Of a stretch of 64,000 nucleotides of DNA, positions 52,401-64,000 are shown piece by piece. Position 1 is the stretch's first letter; each line of letters begins with the position of its first letter. Below the pieces are notes generated by a model. It was not told where the DNA came from and searched no databases. It saw only the letters and a program-made list of their open reading frames with translations. Both the position numbers and the translations under genes were made by a program. The DNA lies in assembly GCA_964016885.1 (NCBI GenBank), contig OZ024747.1, positions 40,796,001 to 40,860,000 of the forward strand. The letters are read 5' to 3'. The DNA is from Eledone cirrhosa (lineage: Eukaryota).

Positions 52401-55298
52401 TTTGAACCCGGATCAAAGGTAACTCTACTGCGATTTCACTTCGCACTATACGTGGGATAAGAAGGGAAAGAAATGTAATGATAGAAAACAAAAGTTGAGA
52501 TTCATGACTATTGGACGGGTTTGTAATGTCCATCCAGCATCTGGTGATGTGTTTTATCTCCGAATTCTGTTGCATAGTGATTTTTCGAGAGGTAAACAGA
52601 GCTTCGTTGATTTGAAAACATACCAGGCTGTGTCAACATCTGGGAATCCTTCAGGATGACGCTGAATGGAATAACGCCATGGAAGCTGCTGGAACGACAC
52701 AGATGCCAGCTCAAATAAGGCAGTTGTTTGTCACGATTCTAGGATTCTGCAATTCTGCCGATCCAAGAGAGTTATTTGAACGCCATTGGGGAATTATGGC
52801 TGATGATTTTAGCCATCATCTTCAGGTCGATGATGAAAATTTGATGATGGCTATTGTTTTGCTCAATATTGAGCAACTGCTTGAAGTTCATTTGAAATGT
52901 TTAAGAGATTTCAATTTGCCAATTCCTGATGAAGAAATGCGGCAACGTGTCTTAGCATTGAACATGAGATTGCAGCTTAGACGGTTGCCACTCGATCGGA
53001 GGGAACTATTCCAGTTTGATCCACTGGAACAACAACGTATTGTGGATGAACCTATGCCAATGTTGACCCAATCTCAGAGAGAATTGGTCGATGGCGTTCT
53101 CCACTCGATTTCCACTAATGAGCAAATTTGTGCTTTCATAGATGCTCCAGGAGGCACCGGAAAGACATTCTGTTTCAACACTATGTTATCGGCATCCCTG
53201 TAGAAAACAGTGGGATCGCTGCCACTTTGCTGAGTGGTGGAAGGATCTTCCACTCATACTTCAAGGCTCCATTGGCTCCGGATGAGTTGAGTGTCTGTAA
53301 CATTACAGGACAAAGTGAACTCGCGGGCCTTATACGCAATACGTGGGGACGAGGCTCCAATGGCACACAGATATTTGCTGGAGGCATTGGACAGAACTTT
53401 GAGAGATATCTGGTGTAGTGACCTGCCATTCGGTGTTAAGACTATCGTTCTTGGTGGCGATTTCAGTCAGGTGCTACCAATTGTTAGGAATGCTCAAAGA
53501 GCGCAAATTGTCGATGCATGTCTGAAAAAGTCCCCGTTGTGGCGCCATTTCAGAGTTTTGCGATTACACGATAATATGCGACTTCGTATGTTCGGGCAAA
53601 ACGAAAAGGCCGATGGTTGATGCAGTTGGGAAACGATGAATTGCCACACGTTGGTGATAATCAGACTGTAAGAATCCCAGACCATTTGGTCATGCCACTG
53701 GACCGCCAAGCATTGATTGACTGGGTGTCCCCTAATTTGAATGCTTTTTGGCAGAATATCTCCTGGATATCGGAACGCCTTATTCTAACTCATACGAATG
53801 CAATGGTCGATGAAATAAATTCACAAGTAGCCGGAATGTTTCCTGGAGAGGAATGGTTGACCGTCAGTGCGGATGCAATGGAGCCTAATCAGCAGAACAA
53901 TATGGATGTTCCGACTGAGTATCTGAATTCACTTCAAATAACCGGATTTCTCCCACATATTTTGAGGTTGAAAAGGGGTATGCTGATTATATTGCTTAGA
54001 AATATCAATCATAAAATGGGTCTTTGCAATGGTACTTTGATTGTTGAGAGATTGATTAACGCAAGAGTTTCAGAAGCTAAACTCCCAGGCAGAGAGGAAT
54101 CGGTTTTCATTCCGAGGATCATGCTGAGACCAAGTGAAGATCTGCTGCCATTCATTTCATTTGGCAAAGGTGACAGTTTCCCGTCAATTTGGCCTTCTCC
54201 ATGACTGTCAACAAGGCACAGGGACAGACTTTCAAGCGAGTCGGTGTCTACTTGAATGATCCAGCATTCAGCCATGGGCAACTTTATGTTGCTGCATCTC
54301 GAGTGTGCCATCCTGATGGTATAAAATTTGCAATTGATACCACTAACAGAGGAACAACCTTGAATATTGTCTATAATGAAGCTTTGAGCTGATGTATGCA
54401 TATCTTTAATGCTATCAATAAGCGACGTAAATGATTCGGACACTGGTGTCCTTTGATCAGTATTGTGAGCTTTGACAGAGTTATCATTTATGTTCAATGT
54501 CATATATTGTCGATAATGAGCAATAAAAACCAACAAGTATTGGTAGAAATTGCCTTCAAATTTATCGCTTCTGATTGCAGTGGTAATAAAACCTCATCAT
54601 ATGCTGAGTCTGGCAAAAGGTTTGGTACCTATGGCCGGCAAGGGCTAGAGTAATATTGAAAAACGATTCTATTTTCGAAGTAGAAGGATCCGCCATTTGG
54701 AGTTCAAACCAAGCCACCTCCCCGAGTTGAACTCTGGGCAATATTGACTGTCTATTACTCAGTGGCTAAGACCTGGAAATTACTGAATAAAGTGTTGTGT
54801 CATATAATTTGTTGTTTTATTATTATAGCTGACCACTTATAGATAAGCATGTTATCCATATCCATATTAATTTGGCATTTGTATTATTTCAAGTAAATAG
54901 GGACCTTTTTTACATTGACGGACATCTTTTATATTAATTATCTATATCTGTATCTACATATAATATAAAAGATTGGAACTTCCATCATCCTTTTGAGAAA
55001 TGTGGAACAACCACGTCTATGCAATGATACACGTTTTACAGTCACGCAGAAGATTAACCATCTCCTAGAAGTCACTATTCTAGGTGGGGTGGGAGCATTG
55101 TTCATATACTATGCACAAGCGGTACAACCAAGAATCTGGTATATCTGGAAGATTTTGTTTTACTGTTTTCCGTATCACACAGACACTACGGACTCGCCTC
55201 ATACTGTAACTAGACAAACATCCAATACAGTCATTTTCTTTTTACCTGTCTTCTCTTATCCTCTATTTACCCAGGCGAAGCTGGGTACGTCAGCTAGT
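49435..55298 (+). mobile_element. Second, divergent Helitron (Rep plus Pif1 helicase), frameshifted
   Basis: ORF 50858-52273 has PDLFITVTCNP, VIEFQKRGLPHAHL (HUH) and YLFKYVYKG. Helicase motifs DAPGGTGKTF, GGDFSQVLP and TVNKAQGQTF follow. The 3' end is the ACCCAG-GCGAAG-CTGGGT hairpin plus CTAG|T near 55295. Confidence 0.92.
50858..52273 (+). pseudogene. Helitron Rep (HUH endonuclease) segment
   Basis: All three rolling-circle motifs are present. Frameshifted at both ends. Confidence 0.9.
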
Positions 55299-55304
55299 AT
55301 ATAT

Positions 55305-56154
55305 TAATTTCAACAATGTCAGTATTCCGTGTGTCATAATTCTCGATTATCATTGGTTCATAGGTTTCAAACGAGTCCGCTCACCTCAACAACGGCAAAC
55401 TTAAATAAATATGCATAATGCCAATGAGGGAATGAGAGGGGAGAGTAAGAAAGAAAGAGGCAAAGTGAACGCTGTAACTATTATCATGTGTGCGTGTGTA
55501 TGTACGTGCGCGTATGTTTATGTGTGTGTGCGTGCGTGCAGCGTTCCACAGAAAGTAAAAGTAATTCGACTTTATCAAACAGTGAACTACAGCGGCGACG
55601 GCGTGTAGCCAGGAATGAAGAAAAACGGGCCGAACAGCGCCATCGGAACGCCGAACTTCAGAGGCGAAGACGTGTCGCCATGAATGAAGAGGAGCTGGCT
55701 GAACAACGCCAACGAAACACTGGAGCCAAGCAGCGATAGCGTGCTGCGATGGCTGAAGACGAACTGGCTGAGCATCATCTTTTATATTAATTATCTATAT
55801 CTATATCTACAAATAATATAACAGATTGGAACTTCCATCATCCTTTTGAGAAACGTGGAACAACCACGTCTATGCAATGATACACGTTTTACAGTCAGGC
55901 AGAAGATGCACCATCTCCTAGAGGTCACTATTCTAGGTGGGAGCACCTAGAATTGTTCATATACTATGCACAAACGGTACAACGAAGAATCTGGTATATC
56001 TGGAAGATTTTCTTTTACTGTTTTTTGTATCACACAGACACTACGGACTCGCCTCATACTGTACCCAGAATAACATCCAATACAGTCATTTTCTCTTTTA
56101 CCTGTCTTCTCTTATCATCTGTTTACCCGGGCGAAGCTGGGTACGTCAGCTAGT
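55305..56154 (+). mobile_element. Internally deleted Helitron derivative, head-to-tail with the full element
   Basis: 55305-55560 matches 49437-49680, 55563-55780 matches 49926-50145, and 55777-56154 matches 54922-55298. Ends in hairpin plus CTAG|T. Confidence 0.85.
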
Positions 56155-56235
56155 GTTAATAGTTATTGCTTTCCTTCCCCTCTTATTTCCACACACATCA
56201 CACTGACACATATACATACAGTATCAAACACACAG

Positions 56236-56328
<93 letters not shown>

Positions 56329-56649
56329 TTCTATAGAAACTTGTTCTCTCTGCGTTTCTTCTCTCTGTCTTTTTTCTCATTCTGTGTTTCTCTTGCTCAC
56401 ATCCTCTGTAACACTTCCTCTCTTTTAGTCTGCCTGTTTCTCTCTCTCTAACTCACTCACACACTCACAATATTTACATTTCTCCCCTCTATCGAAAAAC
56501 GTTGTCACGAATGAGGAGACGGGGGAGGAGAAGTAAAGAGCCACTTCCTCATTTTGCTTCTCCGTTTCTTTCTCTTCCCTCTCACTCCCTCATTGGCATT
56601 ATGCACAGACATACAAATACACAGACACCTGCTAATATATATATATATA

Positions 56650-57307
56650 CTAGCAGAATGGCCCAGCGTTGCTCGGGATTTGCTCTAGGGTTCTTATATA
56701 TTTTATACATATTTATCCTTATCGAGCCTCGTGAAATAAATACGTTTGTTTATATTTTGTTATTGTGTATGCAAAAATATCTGTACACGAATATATAAAT
56801 ATATATATATATATATATTAAAATAACAGATTAAATTTTAAGCAAAGAATCACTGCTTTCACACTTAACGGGATCTTCTGAAACTAAAAAAATCAATCTG
56901 TGAACGCAGAAAATGAATCGCTGCTTTCAACCTTAACGGGATCTTCTACCTAAAAGCAGTATGAAGTACACTAAGACTAACTGATGTAATCGTTGGCCTT
57001 GTTTGTTTATATTTTGTTTGTGTGTGTGCAAAAATATCTGTCAGTGATGCATGTGATTATGTAATCGCCAGCCTTGTTTGTTTATATTTTGTTTTTGTGT
57101 ATGCAAAAATATCTGTACACGAATATCTATATTAAAATAATATATTAATGTTTAAGAAAAGAATCGCTGCTTTCAACCTTAACGGGATCTTCTGAAACTA
57201 AAAAAATCAATCTGTGAACGCAGATGTAAATATTTCGTAAAACGTTGCAACCGAAGGAAAACAGGAAGACGATACTTTGGTTCGTGAAAACGTTCCCTGG
57301 CATAAGA

Positions 57308-57339
<32 letters not shown>

Positions 57340-57664
57340 TATATATATATATACATATATACACACACACTGATCGCGTCATAATGTCGTAATGCAGACA
57401 GCCAGGCATACAGACAGATATTATGAAGGCGCGACGTCATATCTATGTATCTATCTAAAAAGAGAAAGACTAAGAGAAAGAGAAAGAGATCGCTAAATCG
57501 CCTAATACGGTCCCTAGGGCATTGGAAATTTGAAATTTATTTTGCTTAGAACACTCAATAGGACCATAAGTATTACATGTGTAAAGTTTGAAAAAAAAAC
57601 GGTTGGGTAGTTCTCGAGTTTTAGGAAAACAGATACACAGACAGTCTTTGTTTTATATATATAG

Positions 57665-57665
<1 letters not shown>
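56650..57665 (-). mobile_element. Putative non-autonomous Helitron
   Basis: Minus strand starts A|TCTATATATATAAAA and ends with the CCCGAGC-AAC-GCTGGG hairpin plus CTAG|T. Contains internal tandem duplications also seen inverted at 43680-43775. Confidence 0.6.
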
Positions 57666-57735
<70 letters not shown>

Positions 57736-57816
57736 CCACCGTTCGTAACCATTCTCTCTCTCTCTATCTATCTATCTGAATATCTAACACTTTAATTGTA
57801 TTTCTCTGTAAAACGG

Positions 57817-57881
<65 letters not shown>

Positions 57882-57964
57882 ATCTTTAGCAGTGTGTGTG
57901 TGTAATTTCCGTGTGATTAAACCAACCAAACACCCAAGAAACATCCCTCTCTTATATATATATA

Positions 57965-58017
<53 letters not shown>

Positions 58018-58032
58018 ATATGTGTATATATG

Positions 58033-58092
<60 letters not shown>

Positions 58093-58172
58093 GTAAACAG
58101 AAATAACAACACAATCGGTGCAGTATATGGGAGGGGTATATTAGGTTAACGCTTGATATAGCAGGAAGAGGG

Positions 58173-58208
58173 TCTTAACGTTTCGGACGCTAGTCCTTCA
58201 TTAGAAGA
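58173..58208 (-). ncRNA. Degenerate minimal hammerhead (family G; G5A core mutation)
   Basis: TCTT CTAATGA A GGAC-TAGC-GTCC GAAA CG TT AAGA. Confidence 0.55.
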
Positions 58209-58303
58209 AAGAATGAGAAATAAGATAGATTGAGGGGACGGGTGGGTTTCGAATTGGAAAAAATGTCTTTAGATAAAAATAACAGATCCAATATATATTA
58301 TAT

Positions 58304-58420
58304 ATAGAAATGGCTTCTACATGACTAGAATTGTTTTATTCTTATGAAATTATCCTGGCATCCCTGATGATTTCATACGAATGAAATAGTTTTATTCCTG
58401 TAGAAGCCATTTCTGTTTTA
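58304..58420. mobile_element. Old diverged family A hammerhead palindrome
   Basis: Inverted arms; right arm CTGATGA TTTC-ATAC-GAAT GAAA...CTGTAGAA. Confidence 0.6.
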
Positions 58421-59002
58421 AATAATGATGTTTACACTCTACTAATGTATTGAGTACATTTTTAATTTTGGTTTCCCCGATTTCACTTATGATCTACAGA
58501 TATATGTATATATGTATGTATATATATATGCGCCTGCTTTTATCTGTTTCTCTCCTCTCTACGTCTTCCTTTTTCTTTTCACATTTCTCTCTTTCTCTCT
58601 CTCTCCTTCACCCTCCCCCTCTCTCTCCTTCACTCCCCTCTCTTCCCCCCTCTCTCCTTCTCAGCTTGTAAATATATATACACTAAGACATATCTCATCT
58701 ATGCTAGCGAGCAAGAGAGAGTGTTCAACGCCATACGTTTGGACCATAATAGTACAGAATTCGTTATAAAATTGCAAATCAACGACCGAAACATACATTA
58801 AAATACATGGATTAATTTTATCTCACTCGAGCATTGGCTTCATCAATTCGTTTCGTCATATTGATAAGAAGCGGAATAAATTTTGCCAGTAAATACGATG
58901 TTTGGTTGAAAAGTGTATAGGCTGACCCAGAGTCTCTCATAAAATGGCTAAATGAGTTTTATTTTTTCAGCATAGTCCCTGGAAATAAGCAATACAGTTA
59001 TT

Positions 59003-59193
59003 AATAATTGTTTCTAATTTTGGTACAACGCCAGCAATTACCCATTACATTACTGGTACTTTATTTTATCGACCCCGTAAGGATGAAAGGCAAAGTTAAC
59101 CTTGGCGGGATTTGAACTCAGACCATAAAGGGCCGTAACTCTTTGCTGAAAGCATGGCGTCCGACCCTCTGCCGATACTGCCAATCCACCGCC
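59003..59193 (-). mobile_element. tRNA-derived SINE with target-site duplication
   Basis: Family match. ATACAGTTATTAATAAT is repeated at about 58992 and 59198. Confidence 0.9.
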
Positions 59194-59639
59194 TTTTATA
59201 CAGTTATTAATAATAATAGTTGAAATTAATGCAAGCAAGATTTCCCAGCTCTAGCATAAATCTTTCATAGCTAGCCTGTGTATGTTTCAACCGACCCTCG
59301 TTTATGTGTTATCATTCCGAAACCACCACGCTTAATCGGAAGAATATCATGATACTCCATGTTGTCTCTATATATTTTTTCTTCTTTATATAATACTTTG
59401 AATTTTCTGTTTTCAATACCATAGATATATATGATACCCCAACGGGCGATGTATATTGTTCGGTATTTATTGTTTTATATGAAATTTTAAAACCATTTCC
59501 CCAACGTCCATATTTTTAAAGAAATGAACAAAAATGTCTACGAACTTAATCTTTGTCAATGAACGCTACTAAAACACACAGAAACTAACCCTACAGCATA
59601 CAACACCACATGTACTGAAGAAGAAGAATATAAATCACG

Positions 59640-59830
59640 ATCTCATGTACAGATTTAGAAAATATTTAATAGGAATATTCAAGGAGTTTACCTGCACTAA
59701 CGTCCTCACAGCCGACTTCCTAGATATAGTATTAGATTAAAAATACAGGCAAACATTACACCCACTGAAAGCCAGGCATAAACATAATATACACTAATAT
59801 ATTCGTAAAAGATTCTAACCAGATTCAAGT
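59640..59830 (+). mobile_element. Decayed PLE RT fragment
   Basis: DFLDIVLD..TG..Y..KP motif read by eye. Confidence 0.4.
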
Positions 59831-60397
59831 ATAATTAAGAAAATTTCAACTGGTAAACATTGAATATAACACATAGGGATATATCATTATACAAGCCAAA
59901 CTCTGTAGCTCACTGAATCATTTATATGGGAGACGTTTGGGAATATGATCCAGATGGTTGACATATTAGCCCTTCTGCGTCTTTGGTTAAGGCATTTATG
60001 TTCTGATAGTTAATTCTAGGCAGCCCATTTGATACTAAACTGCTTAAAAGCTAACTCTGACACAAAACTGTTTGTTTTAAACAATTTAGATTTATCTAAA
60101 AACCTTTCATCAACATTTTTCGTAAGAATCTTTTATTACGTTATGCTTCAAACTCCCGGCAAATAAAGAGAAAGCTATTTTCTCCAAAGCCTTCAAATTC
60201 GTAGTCATTTTCAGAAACATTTGAAAATAATTGGCAATGTCTTTTATTAGAAATATGGCAAGGAAAGGGTTAATTTTTATCTGAAATGACAGCTCATTAG
60301 TGTGTCACCACTTAGTGCGGCGTTGAACTACTTCGCTTTTCAAAATCTACGCTTGCATATTTCGTCCAGAAGACATGATATTGTTTAATAGAATAAC

Positions 60398-60586
60398 TGT
60401 TTCTATTTTAGGCACAAGGCTAGAAATAACCCAGTGTATTACTGGTACTTTATTTTATCGACCCCGTAAGGATGAAAGGCAAAGTTAACCTCGGCGGGAT
60501 TTGAACTCAGAATGGCAAGAGCCGTAACTCTATGCGTCAAAGCATGGCGTCCGACCCTCTACCGATACTGCCATTCCACCGCCCCT
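60398..60586 (-). mobile_element. tRNA-derived SINE with 17 bp target-site duplication
   Basis: TTGTTTAATAGAATAAC at 60381-60397 and 60587-60603. Confidence 0.9.
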
Positions 60587-60691
60587 TTGTTTAATAGAAT
60601 AACACCATAAAAACAAGCTCCTGTACAACTCATATACAAAGGCGAAGTTAAAGATAGCGTTAACATGTATTTTTGTTTAAATGATCCTGCT

Positions 60692-60867
60692 CAGTATCGG
60701 TAGAGGGTCGGACGCCATGCTTTCCAGCATAGTTACGTCCCTTTACGATCTGAGTTCAAATCCCGCCGAGGTTGACTTTGCCTTTCATCCTTACGGGGTC
60801 GATAAAATAAAGTACCAGTAATGCACTGGGTAATTGCTGGCCTTGTGCCTAAAGTAGAAACAATTAT
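60692..60867 (+). mobile_element. tRNA-derived SINE (main family)
   Basis: Family match. Confidence 0.88.
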
Positions 60868-60949
60868 TTTCTCTATTTACCGAAATAGATAAGGTTGACC
60901 ATGGTCTAATACAACAAGTACGCTTCTCACTATTAATGAATGTATGGAT

Positions 60950-61245
60950 CTGCAACTCCTGGTGGAGTCGTGAGGGCACCAAAATGACATACGGCATTTT
61001 AAACACCTGGCGGGGCCCATCTATTCTCCATGTCTGAAGACAACCGATTTCTTCCAGAGAAGTAGAGAGGAAGTGAAAACGAGGAAGAATCAACCTCAGT
61101 ATTGTACAGGGAGGTTTTTTAATTGAATATATGAAAGGCAAAGTCAACCACGACGGATGTTGATCGCAGATAGCTGAGAGCCAGAACGGATACTGCAAAG
61201 CATTCTAACCGACGTTCTAACAACTTTGCCAATTCACAGCCTTTC
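60950..61245 (-). mobile_element. SINE with the same head but an alternative 3' tail (decayed)
   Basis: Head at 61120-61245. The tail at 60950-61056 is homologous to 62105-62220. Confidence 0.6.
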
Positions 61246-62080
61246 AATGATTGAGTCATAAAAACTAAAGAAGGGTCACTTGCTTAAGTGGATATTTCCA
61301 CTTCTTATATTTACTTTTGTTCTTTTTGCACGTCTTCAAGTTAAGGTGTTTATCGAAGAATCAAATCTATAAATCGTTTCTTATTCACATTTGGAGTGTC
61401 TCACTTGTTACTCCTTAAATGCCTTAGGAAAAGACACGAATGTCACAATGTTTCATAAAATCAATTTTATTTTCAGAATTGTAATCTACTACAGTAAAGG
61501 CTATTTTTTCTGTTGTCTGCCCTCCAGCATCGATGCAGTGATGGTTTATGAAGTCATATAAGTGGAATAAATTCAATATGCAGTGAACACACAACAGAAC
61601 GAATTGTGAATGAATGCGATTGAAGGAAATTACTCTTTGTCCGAATCAACACGCTTACTAGAATTAGTAAAAGTGAGTAAAGAAAAGACGGAAATTATTC
61701 GAACTATTAACCTTTGCTTTGATTTATGTGTGTGCGTGTGTGTGTGGTTGGGTGTATATGGGTGTGTATGTGTGTGTGGGTGTGTATGTGTGTGAGGGTG
61801 TGTGTGTCTATGTAGGCGTGATGCGTGTTTGCTGTCACTTATGAATTATTTTCTGGCTTCACTTATTGAAAATTACAAAAATTTACATTTTAAATAGATA
61901 CAACTGTGAACCGCAGGTAGCATAAATACTTTAGAAGGCGCACTTAGCATTATTTTAATTTCAAAATATTATTTAGATTGTGACAAAAATACGCAACTAT
62001 GCAGCAATATTTCATTCATATATTCATCAGATGTTTTGTAGTTAAACATAGAGCCAAAAAGGAATTTTAAGGCAATGATA

Positions 62081-62420
62081 CATACATACATACATACATA
62101 GTACCGTAACTCCTGGAGGAGTCGAAAGGGAGCACTAATGACATACGGCTTTTCTATGGCATTTCGAAATCTGGTGGAGCCCATCTCTTCCCGAGGTCTG
62201 AGTAAAGCAGATTTCTTCCGGTGAAAGATAGAAAGTGAGAGAATGGAAGTGAGAAAGAGATATAGAGGAAGAATTGACCCCAGTACTTGACTGGTACTTT
62301 TTTATCTCCTTCGAATAGATGAAAGATAAAGTTGACCGTGAAGGGATTTGAACACAGAGCCATAACGAATACCCCAAAGCATTCTATCCGACGTTCTAAC
62401 GACTCTAATTCGCTGCCTTC
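62081..62420 (-). mobile_element. SINE with the same head, an alternative 3' tail and a (TATG)n end
   Basis: Head and core at 62275-62420, tail at 62105-62220, (CATA)n at 62081-62100. Confidence 0.62.
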
Positions 62421-62790
62421 GGGCAATGATACGTACATGTAAATGAAGAAATTGTCATGAAAATCACAAAGGAATGAATTACATTTTTCAATAGATCGTT
62501 TGATGTAATATCTTTGAAGTAATGATATTTCATATCTTCAAATATAGGAAATATTTTATTCTAAATCGAAAACGAATAACGTTTCCGTTCAGCGATTATT
62601 TTCCAATATTTTACCAATACCTAATCTAACAGATATTAACGTCCACGAAAGGAAACAATATATTTATCCAAAGCAGACAAAAGTGGGCGAAGCAATATAA
62701 AAATCGATATTAATACATAAAGCATATCATAAAATACGTATACTTTTATAATTTACATTATATACATTGGACGGATCTTGTTTTGTTGTT

Positions 62791-62836
62791 AACACAACGT
62801 TTCGGCTGATGTATTCTCCAGCCTTCATCAGGTGTC
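62791..62836 (-). ncRNA. Minimal type I hammerhead ribozyme (family F)
   Basis: GACAC CTGATGA A GGCTG-GAGAATACAT-CAGCC GAAA CG TT GTGTT, with a palindromic AACGTT stem III region. Confidence 0.82.
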
Positions 62837-64000
62837 CCGGTGATGTTATTATTAACGTTTGTTCAGGTCACTGCCTAGAATTGTACTCGGAATCAACGAC
62901 CATTCAGTGAATCCCTGCATTTCTTACACCGAAAGTGACAAGGGCGTGTTTATACTTCGGTGTACAACAAATGTCGCAAGGGATTTTGTTCAAAATATAC
63001 TATTTCTCCGGTTTTCTCACCTAAAAATATTGTCAGGCTCTTGCGCGAAAACCGAAAAGAATCAAATATCTGGCCGAGTGTGTGTAGGTGTGTATTTGGA
63101 GGTATGTCGGAGGAGGGTGTCTGTGTGTGTGTGTGGATAGAAATATAGAAGAGCCGCTGTTTAAGAAAAGAAGAAATAAGTAACACAAAGCATATACAAC
63201 AAACTAAGATGATAGAATAGATTTCTAAAATCATTTAATATCCTTTCAAATGTTTCAATAAAAATAAGTTAAATATAAAGTTAAATATAAAAATAAGTTA
63301 CAATATAGTAAAAAATAGGGTGTGTATTTATCACCTTATTGTTTCACTAACCGATGAATATAACTTTCCATTTCCAAAGAATCCTTGTGATGAAGGAATT
63401 TTCTTGTATTAGTTTATTTGGTTTATTTGTATTAGTTTATTTGGTTTGCATCTTCCCCACAAGGTATGAGACACATTCCTAAGGTACAACATAGTTGTAT
63501 AGAACACAGAACCATGTGGTTGCGAAGTGATCTGCTTTAACCATAAAATCATTCTGCACTCACCTTGTTGCCATAGAGTTATTTATATACGAACATATAA
63601 TTCGTTAATTTTCAGCTTTTTCATTAAGAATATTAGATGTAAACTTTTAAATTTAATTTCATTTTACTTAGAGAAAACTGATAAACAAAATGAAGAGATT
63701 TGTGGGATGTGGCATTAGAAAGAGATCGATAAAACGTAAATATAATTAGATTATCAAATGTTGTAATATGTAAATAATACAAATATAAAATGGCAGAGCA
63801 TGTGTAAGTAGTTCTATATATTAGAAAAAACGCAAAGAAACTATAAAAATATGTTACGTGATAACGCATCTTTTTATTTATCTTTTACTTTTAATCATGA
63901 CTGTAGATATTGAAAAAGAAATCTCCACTGAATATTATTCAAATGTTTTCGAAGTTTGTTGTTTCCTTATTTTATCTTAAGATTTGATTAACAGTGTTTT

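Overview
This is AT-rich, microsatellite-dense eukaryotic genomic DNA. The SINE, LINE and microsatellite profile suggests a cephalopod, most likely Octopus (inference). The window is almost entirely transposon-derived: a tandem array of R4/Dong-clade LINEs in (TAA)n (1-10.9 kb), two more decayed R4/Dong copies, RTE, BovB-like and CR1 LINE fragments, a mariner remnant, two head-to-head Helitrons with derivatives (44.6-57.7 kb), about 12 tRNA-derived SINEs and many Penelope-like element (PLE) remnants. No complete host gene is visible, only two weak candidate exons. The strongest unexplained signal is a swarm of type I hammerhead ribozyme motifs, read and folded by eye: about 7 unrelated sequence families and roughly 18 copies, some degenerate. 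They include a compact family that recurs as back-to-back ribozyme palindromes in (TA)n and a U3-A8 core variant inside a near-perfect 1.1 kb inverted repeat. Two divergent Dong LINEs share a near-identical 5' module, and two divergent Helitrons also share a 5' leader. All alignments and folds are manual and element boundaries are approximate. Most short ORFs in the supplied track are antisense shadows or microsatellite translations.
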